Shown here piece after piece: positions 30,040-40,288 of a stretch of DNA of 64,000 nucleotides. Each line of letters begins with the position of its first letter. Position 1 is the first letter of the stretch. The DNA is from an uncultured Alphaproteobacteria bacterium. Lineage in GTDB: Bacteria; Pseudomonadota; Alphaproteobacteria; Rhizobiales; Beijerinckiaceae. Position numbers and translations under genes: made by a program. The notes beneath the pieces were generated by a model that saw only the letters and a program-made list of their open reading frames with translations, had not been told where the DNA came from and did not search any database. Location: positions 168,258-232,257 of the forward strand of contig CAWGBF010000013.1 in NCBI GenBank assembly GCA_963820775.1, given 5' to 3'.

Positions 30040-31349
30040 GCCTTTGGCCTCTTGTCGATGACGCGCTTGGCCTTGCCCAGCGACCGTTCGATCTGCCCCG
30101 GCTTGAGCACGCTCACTCTCGCGGTAATGCCGATGTGCGCCTTCATCGCATGCGCGAGTTCGCTCGGGACATACGCGCGCGCCTGGTCCAGATCGGACGG
30201 TGATCGAGCCTCGACCTGGACCTCCAGCTCGTCCAGTCGGCCTTCCCGGGTCAAAATGAGCTGGTAGTGCCCGCAGAGGCTGGGATTGCTCAAGATGAGT
30301 TCTTCGATTTGGGTCGGAAACACATTGACGCCGCGCACGATCATCATGTCGTCCGTTCGACCGGAAACTTTTTCCATCCGGCGCATCGAGCGCGCGGTGC
30401 CGGGCGAGAGTCGGGTCAAATCTCCAGTGCGGTAGCGGATCACCGGCATCGCTTCCTTGGTCAGCGAGGTGAAGACGATCTCGCCGAACGCGCCGTCCGG
30501 CAGCGCGGCGCCGGTCGCCGGATCCACGATCTCGGGATAAAAATGATCCTCCCAAATGTGGAGGCCATCCTTGGTCTCTACGCACTCGCCCGCGACGCCG
30601 GGTCCGATCACTTCCGACAGCCCATAGCTGTCGAGCGCGTCCATATCGAACGCGTCTTCGAGTTCGTTACGCATCGCATTGGTCCAGGGCTCCGCGCCGA
30701 AGCTCCCAAGCTTCAGAGAACAACGGCGCGGGTCCAGTCCCTCAGCGCGGAACGCGTCGATGAGGCACAAGGCGTAGGACGGGGTCGCGAACAGGATGTC
30801 GGGCGCGAAATCGTTGATCAGCTGGACCTGCCTTTCAGTCATGCCCCCGGAAATCGGCACGAGCGTGCAGCCAAGCCGTTCGGCGCCATAATGATAGCCA
30901 AGCCCCCCGGTGAAGAGGCCGTAGCCATAGGCGTTATGGGCCATCATGCCGGCGCGCCCGCCGGCGGCGCGGATCGTCCGCGCGACCACTTCGCTCCACA
31001 CGGAAAGATCGTTGCGGGTATAGCCAACCACCGTAGGCTTTCCGGTCGTGCCGGAGGAAGCGTGAACGCGCGCCAGCTGATCCTTGGGCGCCGCAAAGAG
31101 GCCGAACGGATAGTTGGCTCTGAGATCAGCCTTGGCGGTGAAGGGAAAGCGCTTCAGATCCTCAAGGGTGTGGAAATCGTCCGGATGAACGCCGTGCTGA
31201 TCGAACTTGGCTCGCATCGCCGGGACAGCGTCGTAGGCGCGGCGCAGCGTGACGCTGAGCCGGCGCGTCTGCAGAGCGATAATCTCGTCGCGGGAAGCCG
31301 TCTCGATCGGATCGAGCAGGCTTTTGTCTGGCGCCTCCCCAAGTTTCAT
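30036..31349 (-). CDS. paaK: Phenylacetate-CoA ligase
   Basis: LARVHASSGTTGKPTVVGY, YGYGLFTGGLG, FGAEPW, YGLSEVIGPG, YRTGD, GRTDDMMIVRGVNVFP. Confidence 0.93.
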   Translation of the reverse strand: MKLGEAPDKSLLDPIETASRDEIIALQTRRLSVTLRRAYDAVPAMRAKFDQHGVHPDDFHTLEDLKRFPFTAKADLRANYPFGLFAAPKDQLARVHASSGTTGKPTVVGYTRNDLSVWSEVVARTIRAAGGRAGMMAHNAYGYGLFTGGLGYHYGAERLGCTLVPISGGMTERQVQLINDFAPDILFATPSYALCLIDAFRAEGLDPRRCSLKLGSFGAEPWTNAMRNELEDAFDMDALDSYGLSEVIGPGVAGECVETKDGLHIWEDHFYPEIVDPATGAALPDGAFGEIVFTSLTKEAMPVIRYRTGDLTRLSPGTARSMRRMEKVSGRTDDMMIVRGVNVFPTQIEELILSNPSLCGHYQLILTREGRLDELEVQVEARSPSDLDQARAYVPSELAHAMKAHIGITARVSVLKPGQIERSLGKAKRVIDKRPKA

Positions 31350-31503
31350 CAGGGCAGGCCGATGCTGCCTGCGTCAAGCGCCAAACTGCAGGCGGCGCTG
31401 ATCGAGCGGCGCATATCTCCTCCCTTGAGCGCAGAATTTATCGCGTGACGGCTCCATCTCGCCGGGGCGGCGGCCGGTGTCAAGCCGCGTCAATTGAGTC
31501 CTG

Positions 31504-31845
31504 TCAACGGCCGATGCCCCCACCCTCCGCCGCCCTGGTGTATCGCTCCACATCCTCCTCAAGGAGCATGCGACGGCGCTCGAGGTCGTGCGCGCTCTCG
31601 CCTACTGCGCGCACACAGGCGTCATGGTCAGGATAGCGCTCCTCAAGCGATAGCCGCGGGTCGGCGTTCGTCATCCGCTCCGCTTTTGTGCGCGCGAAAG
31701 GAATATTTCGGCCCTGCGTGTCGATTTCAGCAGCGCGCCATCCTTGGGCCAGCATTCGTTGTCGGAATTGGCCTCGACGATCTTCGGACAGGTGTCGTCC
31801 GCACCGCAAAGGCGGAGGCGGCGCCGCGCCGCAGCACATGCACAT
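31504..31845 (-). pseudogene. C-terminal remnant of an alpha/beta-hydrolase-domain protein
   Basis: IPFARTKAER...DPRLSLEERYP...LLEEDVERY resembles the conserved C-terminus of that family; the rest of the gene is not seen. Confidence 0.5.
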
Positions 31846-31985
31846 TTCTCAGGAAGTCGACGCGAGCTGGCTGATGCGCGCAGGCGCGATGTCGGATGGC
31901 GGGCGGTCGAAATCGCGTGCGACGGTGTAGCTTCGGCCAGCCATGGTGACATGGCCCAATTGCGGCGCCGTTGCCGCAGCGTAGG

Positions 31986-32732
31986 TCACTGCGCGGCCTC
32001 CCAATATGCAGCGAGCTTCGGTGACAGCCCCGTCGACGCCTTGGGCGCCGGACGCCGGAAACTGCTCAGAGAAGCCTTGATGGTCCGCAAGGCGATGAGC
32101 GCCTCGGCCTGCTTCACCGCAGCCGCGACCGGATCGATAACCGGCGCCCGGATCAGATCTCGCGCGCGGGTCGCGAGACCGGCGAGCGGCGCGCCGGCGA
32201 GGATGGCGACATCCGCGTCGCGCTCCGCAATCGCTTCGTTGGCGAGATCGACAAGCGCGGGCCAGTTTGCTTCGCGCGCGTCCTCCAACGAACCGAAGCT
32301 GCGATCGAGCGCTACAACGCCCGCACAGCGGCTTTCGAGGCCATGCGTCGCGACGCAGTCGCGATACCATGCGCACAGCGCGCTCGCAAAAGTGACGATG
32401 AGGAATTGTCCGCCAAGCATGCACGCGGTCAGCATCGCCGCCTCGGAGACGCCGATCACCGGAAAGTCGAACAGCTCCCGCGCACCAAACGGGCCCGGAT
32501 CGCCGAAGGCCGCAAGAATTGCAGCGTCATAGCGTCCGTTGGTTTCCGCCAGCATCTCCAAAGCGACAGCGCCGCCGATCTGCGCCTCGGCGCGGCTCGC
32601 GATATAGGGGAACCCCCTCGGCGCCGTGACGGCGTCGACTTCGACGCCCGGCGAAGCCACGGCGCGCCCGGCGTCGAGCATGAGCGCGGTGACCGCTTCA
32701 GTCGTGTTGGGGTTGAGAATCAGGATGCGCAT
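31986..32732 (-). CDS. Asp/Glu/hydantoin racemase-family protein lacking both catalytic Cys
   Basis: MRILILNPNTT; ILAAFGDPG and ILAGAPLAG where canonical enzymes have IACFGDPG and LGCAG. Confidence 0.85.
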   Translation of the reverse strand: MRILILNPNTTEAVTALMLDAGRAVASPGVEVDAVTAPRGFPYIASRAEAQIGGAVALEMLAETNGRYDAAILAAFGDPGPFGARELFDFPVIGVSEAAMLTACMLGGQFLIVTFASALCAWYRDCVATHGLESRCAGVVALDRSFGSLEDAREANWPALVDLANEAIAERDADVAILAGAPLAGLATRARDLIRAPVIDPVAAAVKQAEALIALRTIKASLSSFRRPAPKASTGLSPKLAAYWEAAQ

Positions 32733-32745
32733 GAATACCCGCGGT

Positions 32746-34071
32746 TCATTGGGCGGCGGCGCGCATGAGGCAGGCGGCCGCGCGCGTCAGTTCCCGATCG
32801 TACCCTGGCGCAGCGACGGCTTGCACGCCGACAGGCAAGCCTTTGGCGCCAGTCATAAGCGGCAGGCTGTAAGCCGGCGCCCCGATCAGCGTCCATAGGG
32901 TGGCGAAGATCGGATCGCCGGTTCCTTCAGACGCGAGCGGCGCCGAGCCGGAGGCGGCGAAGGTCAGGACGGCGTCGTAGTCCGAAACGCGCTCGACAAG
33001 GCTTGCGCGCAACTGGTCGCGGCGGGTCCAAGCGGCCATGACGTCGGCGCCGGAAAGGGCGCGGCCCGCTCGCACCAACTGCAGGACCAGTTCAGGGACT
33101 TTGGCGCTCGCGCGATCGATGTCGGGGCCGAGCGATTCGGCGACGCCCGCACACATAAGGTCGCGCATCGTAGCGTCGGCGGCGGCGAATTCCGGGCCGA
33201 CTTCGATCGCATCGACGCGCGCGGGCAGTTTCGCGACGAGAGCCGCGAAGGCCTCGCGGGTCGCAGGCTGGGCGCGGGTTTCGAACGGACCCAGCGTGTA
33301 GGCAAGCCGCGGAACTGGCGCGTCGCCGAGCGCGGCATCCAGCATCGAGGCCGTCGGATTGCGCGACAGGGAATCATGTGGATCCTCGCGGGCAATCGCG
33401 TGGACGATGAGCGCCGCGTCGGAGACGCTACGCGCCATGACCCCCGGATGGTCGATCAGCGTCGCTTGCCGCAAGACTCCGGTGCGCGGCAAGACGCCGA
33501 GGCTCGGCTTGAAGCCAACGACGCCACAATAGGAGGCGGGCCGGATGATCGAGCCATTCGTCTGCGTGCCAAGCGCCACGGGCGCAAGCTTCGCGGCGAC
33601 CGCTGCCGCCGATCCGCTCGACGACCCGCCCGGCGTATGCATGGCGTCGTGCGGATTCTTGGTCGGCCCTGGGACGAAGAGCGCATATTGCGAGGTGACG
33701 GTCTTGCCGATGATGATGGCGCCGGCGGCGCGCAACCTGTGGACGATGACGGCGTCCCGGTTCGGCCTCCGGCCAGCGAAGATTTCAGCGCCGAATTCGG
33801 TCGGCATGTCGGCGGTGTCGATGATGTCCTTAACGGCGACGGGCAAGCCATGGAGCGGTCCCGGCGCTAGGTTTGCCGCCCGCGTCTGATCGACGCGTTC
33901 GGCCGCCGCAAGCGCGGCGTCCGAATCGAGATAGGCGAAGGCCTTGAGTTTGGGGTCCAAGGCCGCGATGCGATCGAGAAACGCGCGCATCGTCTCGACC
34001 GCCGTGAGTTCGCCTCGTTGCATGCTGTCCACCAGCGAACATGCGGACAGGTCCAGAATCGGGTGATCCAT
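32746..34071 (-). CDS. Amidase signature family enzyme
   Basis: HGLPVAVKD, PGGSSSGSAAAVA, LGTQTNGSIIRPAS. Confidence 0.92.
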   Translation of the reverse strand: MDHPILDLSACSLVDSMQRGELTAVETMRAFLDRIAALDPKLKAFAYLDSDAALAAAERVDQTRAANLAPGPLHGLPVAVKDIIDTADMPTEFGAEIFAGRRPNRDAVIVHRLRAAGAIIIGKTVTSQYALFVPGPTKNPHDAMHTPGGSSSGSAAAVAAKLAPVALGTQTNGSIIRPASYCGVVGFKPSLGVLPRTGVLRQATLIDHPGVMARSVSDAALIVHAIAREDPHDSLSRNPTASMLDAALGDAPVPRLAYTLGPFETRAQPATREAFAALVAKLPARVDAIEVGPEFAAADATMRDLMCAGVAESLGPDIDRASAKVPELVLQLVRAGRALSGADVMAAWTRRDQLRASLVERVSDYDAVLTFAASGSAPLASEGTGDPIFATLWTLIGAPAYSLPLMTGAKGLPVGVQAVAAPGYDRELTRAAACLMRAAAQ

Positions 34072-34929
34072 CTACGCGCTCTGCGAGGACGGCGCCCAGA
34101 CGAGGAGGCGCGCGAACAGCCGCTGGATCACCCAGTAGCTTGCCGAGGTGTAGAGAATGAACAAAATCGCGATCAAGAACATCCGGTCGAGCAGTCCGAA
34201 CTGCTGCGCGTAAACGATGATGTAGCCGAGCCCTGATTGGGCGCCGAGATATTCCGCGGCGAGCACCGCGCCCCAACCAGCGCCAAGGCTAAGCAGGACG
34301 ACCGAGCGCATGGCTGGCAGGATCGCGGGCAGAACCACGGTTCGATAGAGCTGGAGGCGCGAAGCGCCGAGCGCGCGCGCGTTGTCGATAAAGATCCGCG
34401 GCACATTGCGCACCGCGTTGATGACGCCCGCAAAGACGATGACGCCAACGCCATAGGCGACGAACAAGACCTGCCCGAAGAAATAGGTTCCGAACCAGAG
34501 CTGAAACAGCGGCACCATCGCAAGCAACGGAAGCGCCCGCAAAAACTGCGTGGGCAATTGAACGAGCCTGCGGCTCCAGGGCGACCAGGACACCGCGAGG
34601 CCAAGCGCCAGGCCAAGCACGCCGCCGAGGACGAGGCCGCTCGCGAGACGCGCGATGGTCGCAAGCGAATGCGAGATCACCGAAAGCAGCGCGGCGAGAT
34701 AGCTGCGCGCCGCTCCATCGGCGACGGCGGGCACGCCCATTCCGCCCTGCCAGTAATCGGACAGGCTCAGGAACGTCTGGGTAAACAGCGTGCCCCAGCC
34801 AGCGACCATCGGCTCTCCGGACTGCGCCTCCACGGTGTAGACCCAGGAAAGGATCTCCCAGAGAACCGCAAGCGCCGCGAAGACGGCGAGTGAGACGATC
34901 CATCCCCGCTTGTCGGAAGCTGTGGTCAC
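34072..34929 (-). CDS. ABC transporter permease (SsuC/TauC-like)
   Basis: Hydrophobic; NARALGAS EAA-like loop; AEYLGAQSGLG. Confidence 0.88.
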   Translation of the reverse strand: MTTASDKRGWIVSLAVFAALAVLWEILSWVYTVEAQSGEPMVAGWGTLFTQTFLSLSDYWQGGMGVPAVADGAARSYLAALLSVISHSLATIARLASGLVLGGVLGLALGLAVSWSPWSRRLVQLPTQFLRALPLLAMVPLFQLWFGTYFFGQVLFVAYGVGVIVFAGVINAVRNVPRIFIDNARALGASRLQLYRTVVLPAILPAMRSVVLLSLGAGWGAVLAAEYLGAQSGLGYIIVYAQQFGLLDRMFLIAILFILYTSASYWVIQRLFARLLVWAPSSQSA

Positions 34930-35717
34930 GCCGCCGCTCCGCCCCGCAACGCCGCCGCCCGATGCTCCAGACCGAGATGGCCGAGCAGCCTGTGCTTGAT
35001 GGCGACCATTTCGGGCAGCAACAGGCTATCTGTGTCGCGGGGCCGCGCCGCTCGGACGGGGATATCGTCGACGATCGCTCCCGCCCGCATGGCGACGATC
35101 CGGTCTGCAAGGGTCAACGCCTCGTCGACATCGTGGGTGACGAACAGAACGGTCGGAACGGCGCGGCCGGGCTCTTCCCAGAGATCGAGCAGGACGTCCT
35201 GCAGTTGGCGTCGGGTGACATAGTCGAGGGCGCCGAACGGCTCGTCCAGGAGCAGCACTTCTCCGCCATTCGCAAAGACAGCCGCGATGGCGACCCGCTT
35301 CAGCATCCCGCCGGAAAGCTCGCGCGGCCAGGCCTGCTCGACCTGCGAAAGGCCGACCCGGCGCAGATAGTCGCGCGCGATCTCGCGGCGCGCGCTGGGC
35401 GCGACGCCGCCGCACTTGAGCCCATATTCAACATTGTCGACGACGCGCAGCCACGGAAACACGCTGTCGCGCTGAAAGACCATTCCACGTTCGCGGCCTG
35501 GTCCTGCGATCTCCTTGCCGTCAACGACAACGGCGCCCGAGGATGGCGCGTCGAGGCCGGCGACCATCTGCAGGAGCGTGCTCTTTCCGCAGCCGGACGG
35601 GCCGATCAGACAGACGAACTCGCCTTCCGGCACGAGGAGCGACACGTCGTCAACGGCATTGACCCGCTGTCCGTCGGCGCGCGTATAGGTTCGCCCCACA
35701 TGAGCGAGCTCAATCAT
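34926..35717 (-). CDS. ABC transporter ATP-binding protein (SsuB/TauB-like)
   Basis: [25 protein letters not shown]. Confidence 0.92.
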   Translation of the reverse strand: MIELAHVGRTYTRADGQRVNAVDDVSLLVPEGEFVCLIGPSGCGKSTLLQMVAGLDAPSSGAVVVDGKEIAGPGRERGMVFQRDSVFPWLRVVDNVEYGLKCGGVAPSARREIARDYLRRVGLSQVEQAWPRELSGGMLKRVAIAAVFANGGEVLLLDEPFGALDYVTRRQLQDVLLDLWEEPGRAVPTVLFVTHDVDEALTLADRIVAMRAGAIVDDIPVRAARPRDTDSLLLPEMVAIKHRLLGHLGLEHRAAALRGGAAA

Positions 35718-35754
35718 GCGACGATTGCGGTCGGTCGGCATCTCGCTCTGCTCG

Positions 35755-36603
35755 TCAGCGGGCGGCAAAATTCCATGCGGCGAATCGCGCGATAAGCGCG
35801 GCCGCCAATGCGTCTGCAAGGATGGCGGCCACCCCCAACACAAGAAGGGTCGCCAGAATTCCCTGCGGATCCGTGGCTCCTGCAAGCACCTCCAGGACCT
35901 TGCCGACGCCGGACTGGGAACCAAGCAGCTCCGCGACTGCTTCGAGTCCCCAGGAGCCCGCGAGCGCGATGCGGAAGCCGCCCAGGATTTCCGGCACGGT
36001 TGCAGGGATCAGGATGTCTCGCAGCATCTGTTGCTTGCCGGCGCCAAGGGTCAGCGCGGAATTCTCGTAGATCGGATCGAGATTGAGCGCGGCGCGCTGA
36101 GCGGAGACATAGAGAATGACGACCACGTAGAAGGCGACAAGGCTGACTGCGCTCGCCCTTCCGACGCCGAACCAGATGAGCAGGAATGGCTCGGCGATGA
36201 GGATCGGGACAGTCCCAGCTGTCATCATGATCGGGTCTATCGCCGCCCGCACGAACCAGATGCGTGCGGAGAGGAGGCCGAGCGTCACGCCGATCGCCGA
36301 GCCGAGCAAAACGGCGATCGCCACGTTCTCGACGGTGTAGAGGAGATTGGCGAAAAGACTTGGATTCTCGACGCCATAATAGGAAAGCGCCGGCGCCGAC
36401 CAGAAATCAGCCGCGGCCCGCTGTAATACGGAGAATGGCCCCGGCAGAATGATCGGGGAAACGACCGCGGTCGCCGCCTGCCAGAGCGCGATGAACAGAA
36501 CTGCTCCAGCAAGGCGCAACGGATCGAGCGCCGCCAGCGTCCTCATCATGGCGCCGAGCCAGGATGAGGAGGGGACGCCGCCGCGGACAGGCGCCTTCGT
36601 CAT
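35755..36603 (-). CDS. ABC transporter permease
   Basis: Hydrophobic; SALTLGA loop; AELLGSQSGVG. Confidence 0.86.
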   Translation of the reverse strand: MTKAPVRGGVPSSSWLGAMMRTLAALDPLRLAGAVLFIALWQAATAVVSPIILPGPFSVLQRAAADFWSAPALSYYGVENPSLFANLLYTVENVAIAVLLGSAIGVTLGLLSARIWFVRAAIDPIMMTAGTVPILIAEPFLLIWFGVGRASAVSLVAFYVVVILYVSAQRAALNLDPIYENSALTLGAGKQQMLRDILIPATVPEILGGFRIALAGSWGLEAVAELLGSQSGVGKVLEVLAGATDPQGILATLLVLGVAAILADALAAALIARFAAWNFAAR

Positions 36604-36637
36604 GGCTTTGGCGCTTCCAGCCACCGCTGGGTCTCCG

Positions 36638-37953
36638 TCAGCTCGACGCGGCCAACGCAAGGCGATAGGCGTCGAGGAAATCAAAGCTGGCGTAGAATGA
36701 CTTCGCCTTCTCGACGAGCTGCTGCTTCTCTGGGGTCAGGGTCGCTCCCGACAGTTTCTTTAGGAGGTCATCGCTCTTCGCCCGATATTCGACCATCTGG
36801 CGCCAGATCGGGCCCCCCCAGACGACATCGTCGGAAGTCACCTTGCCGGCTGGAATGACCTTGTGTTCCTCAAAGTTCTTGATGACCGCGTTCCAGACGT
36901 TGGCGTAGTAGGTCGTGCTCGCCTTGTCGTCGTAGTACTGCTTGTTGTCGTCGAAAGTTGTGAACGGATGCAGGATCGCAACCGTGTCCGCGACGCCCTT
37001 GCCGTCGAGACTCGTGCCGGCCATCGAGTTCAGATAGGGCGCCTGCAGATCATAGAGCGACGGGTCCTTCTTGGTCGCATCGATCACTCGCCACACGACT
37101 GAAAGGAAGCGCAGCACGGTGTTCGGGTGGCTGTTGATGTAGTCCGAATTGCCGCCGATTCCGACAATGCCGATCAAGGGTTCGATCGGCGAATCGACGC
37201 CGCCCAGGGCCGTGCTTGATGAGATCGTCGATGTCGATGAGATTCGTCCATCCCACCTGACGAAGGGTGTAGACAATCGGCGCGCCCTCGGGATTGACGA
37301 AATCTTCGCGTCCGGCCTTCGCGAGCACCAGCGACTTGGCGTCGTCCAGCACCTGCAGCTTGAACCCGGCGTCCGCAGTCTTGTTGACATATTCCTCGAA
37401 AGCCCGGTCGCTAAGCTCCGGCGCTCCCACCAGCGTCTTGCCCTTCATCGGGGCGAGAGCCGCCTTGATCGCTTCGTCGTAACTTTTTCCTTCGCCGACG
37501 TAGTCCTTGAAGGTCTTGAGCTTCAACGCGGGGTTGGCGAGAATCGCATTCGCGAGGAAATTGTCGGTGAAGGCGATGCATTTCAGCTTGTTTGCATCTT
37601 TGTAGGTCGGCAGCATCAGCGGGCAGAATTCCGAGATGATGTCGAGCTGGCCGTTCAGGAGCAGCGTCGTGACATTGGAGTCGTTGGCCTTAAGTCCATA
37701 GGGCGCCGGCTCGAATTTGACGCCGACCTCGTCGAACCAACCTTTCTTCATGCCGATGATGTAGAAGGTGTTGTCGGCATAGGGGCGCATGCCGAACTTG
37801 ATCGTTGCGGCCGGAATGTCCGTGCCCGGTTCGGGCCCCGCGGGCTGGAATCGATCCGCTGTCTCAGCACGCGCCGCGGTGCTCACGGGCCAGCATGGCG
37901 GCGAGAGCGAGTGAGCCGAGCGTGGAAGATTTCGGATGAATCCATGGGCGCAT
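36638..37953 (-). pseudogene. ABC substrate-binding protein with two +1 indels (~37890, ~37205); possibly sequencing errors
   Basis: Signal peptide MRPWIHPKSSTLGSLALAAMLA continues as VSTAARAETAD, and KHGPG continues as GVDSPIEPL, after removing one base from each short homopolymer. Confidence 0.75.
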
Positions 37954-38180
37954 AGTCTGGCTCCTTTTGCGCTTGCGCGCGACGCAGCGCGGGGCGCGGC
38001 TTCGGTGACTGTCGACTCAAAGCAAGCCGCGTGCCAGATGCGACCCTTTGTAAGCCATTGATTTATATGGGCAGAGCACATCGCCGCGGCGCTTGCATTT
38101 TGCATTTAGAATGCAAAATGATCATTTTCTATGCGCATCGGCGAAGGTATGCGAGATAGGCGATAAAACACGAGGCGACG

Positions 38181-38927
38181 TTGAGTGAATTCATCCGAGA
38201 GGCCCGCCCGCAACTCGGCGCGAGACGGCCCGTCGCCGTGATCGAACGCCCGAAACCGCTCCACGAGTCCGTAGTCGAGCGGTTGCGGAACATGATCGTC
38301 GAGGGGGATTTGGCGGTCGGGGAGCGCCTGCACGACGCCAATCTCGCGGCGACGCTTCAGGTTTCGCGCACGCCGATCCGTGAAGCCATCAAGCTGCTCG
38401 CGACCGAAGGGCTTGTCGACCTGTTGCCGGGTCGCGGCGCGCGCGTAAGCGATTTTTCAATCGACGACATCAAGCAATTGTTCGAGGCCATTGCCGGGAT
38501 CGAGCGTAACGCCTGCGAACTCGCCGCCGAGCGGATGACCGATCGGGATCTCGAAAAGCTGCAGCGCATGCACGAGCGCATGGCGCGTCATCATGCCGCT
38601 GGCGAACGCCCGCCGTATTTCAAGCTGAACCACGAAATCCATCTCGCGATCGTCGCCGCGTCAAACAACGCGATCCTGCAGGCGATCCACACGTCTCTGA
38701 TGACGCGCGCCCGCCGCGCGCGCTACGCCGCGCTCTCTTCGCAAGGACGATGGATCGAAGCGATGGCGGAGCATGAGCGTCTGATGGTCGCCCTCGCAGC
38801 ACATGACGCGCGGCGCGCCGGCGAGATCATGCAACAGCATGATCTCGGAACGGCTCATTCGATGGTGGCGTCGCTCGAATCGTTAGCGCCCGGATCTCGG
38901 GCCACGCCGACTTCGAACAAACGCTGA
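38181..38927 (+). CDS. GntR-family regulator (FCD domain)
   Basis: LQVSRTPIREA wHTH, FKLNHEIHLAI, EHERL. Confidence 0.92.
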   Translation: MSEFIREARPQLGARRPVAVIERPKPLHESVVERLRNMIVEGDLAVGERLHDANLAATLQVSRTPIREAIKLLATEGLVDLLPGRGARVSDFSIDDIKQLFEAIAGIERNACELAAERMTDRDLEKLQRMHERMARHHAAGERPPYFKLNHEIHLAIVAASNNAILQAIHTSLMTRARRARYAALSSQGRWIEAMAEHERLMVALAAHDARRAGEIMQQHDLGTAHSMVASLESLAPGSRATPTSNKR

Positions 38928-39171
38928 CGAGCGCGGCGCCCGCTCATCGTCTTCGGTGAAGAGCGACGCCGCGATTTTCGCTTCTGGCGACCCCAACTGC
39001 AGCTTGAGCCGTGGCGTCCGATCCCTCCGACGCGCGCACATTCACGGTTTTCGGGTGGTGGCGCCAGGATTGCTTGGCCCGGGATTGCTTAGCAAAGTCG
39101 CAACGCTATCGGACGGTCCCTCGGTGGGCGGCCCGATTGAAGCGACCTTTTTGGGAGAGGGCCAAATCCGC

Positions 39172-40191
39172 ATGACGACCACATCGCCGTTCCGCCGATT
39201 TTCCGCCTCGGTCGCAATCGTCTCGCTCCTCACTTCGTTCGCCGTCGCTTCCGCGGCAAGAGCCGAGGACAAGGCGGCTATCCTGTTGCCGGGGAGCGCC
39301 AACGACCAAAGCTGGAATGCGCTCGGCTACTCGATTCTGAAGAGTTTGGAGCCACATGGCTTCAAAACCGCTTACTCGGAAAATGTGTCGGACGCGGACG
39401 AAGCCGAAGCCATGCGCGACTACGCGAGCCAGGGCTATCGGATCGTGATGGGCCACTCGGGTCGTTTCGTCTCGGCGATAGAACAGGTTGCGCCGGACTT
39501 TCCCAAGACGCAGTTCATTGCGGTGAGCGGCAACGAAGGCAAACCGCCGAACGTGATGTCGATCGACTGGAACAATGCGCAATTTGGCTGCCAACTCGGC
39601 TTGCTTGCCGCGCAGATGAGCAAGACTCGCAAGGTGGGCGGCGTTTACGGACTACAAGGGGTGCCCAATATCACCGCGCAAGCGGGGGGTTTCCGAATCT
39701 GCGCGACCAAGGCCGGCGCGCAGGTGACGATCCTCTACATTAAGGACATGGAAGACGCCGCGGAGGCGAAAGAGGCGGCGCTCTCGCTCATCGCCCAGGG
39801 CGCGGATGTCATTACCGGCAAGCTGAATGCGGCGGAGGCGGGCCTCGTGCAGGCAGCCAAGGAGAAGAATGTCTATGCCACCGGCCGCGGCTTCGATCAG
39901 ACAAAAATCGCGCCGGACCTCGTGCTCACAAATATCATCGAGGATTGGCCGGGCATGTTCGGCAGCACTTCCGACCAGGTGAAGGGCGGCAAACTGTTCG
40001 GCGACTTCGTGCAATATGGCTACGATACGGCTCCTGTGACTGGCGCTTCGCTGCAATATGTGGAGGGCAAAGCCTTCAACCCGATCGTCCCCGCCGCCGT
40101 CATCAAGCAACTCGACGACATGGCGGCGCAGTTCAAGAGCGGAGCCTTGAAGATTACGCCCACCGAGAACGATGCGCGCAGCGGAAGCTGA
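39172..40191 (+). CDS. BMP-family ABC substrate-binding protein (nucleoside/purine type)
   Basis: GSANDQSWN, YASQGYRIVMGHS, LIAQGADVI. Confidence 0.88.
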   Translation: MTTTSPFRRFSASVAIVSLLTSFAVASAARAEDKAAILLPGSANDQSWNALGYSILKSLEPHGFKTAYSENVSDADEAEAMRDYASQGYRIVMGHSGRFVSAIEQVAPDFPKTQFIAVSGNEGKPPNVMSIDWNNAQFGCQLGLLAAQMSKTRKVGGVYGLQGVPNITAQAGGFRICATKAGAQVTILYIKDMEDAAEAKEAALSLIAQGADVITGKLNAAEAGLVQAAKEKNVYATGRGFDQTKIAPDLVLTNIIEDWPGMFGSTSDQVKGGKLFGDFVQYGYDTAPVTGASLQYVEGKAFNPIVPAAVIKQLDDMAAQFKSGALKITPTENDARSGS

Positions 40192-40288
40192 AGCCTCCTG
40201 CACGCAAAATGCTGCGCTAGCCGGCGCGGGCGGTCCGCTCTGGCGGCGAGTGAGTCGCTGACCGCCCCAGAACGGTCGACAGAGATAT

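Noticed and set aside
32746-34071. Amidase as the missing allophanate hydrolase AtzF
   Set aside because: At 441 aa it lacks the C-terminal AtzF domain, and it lies in a separate, oppositely oriented cluster.
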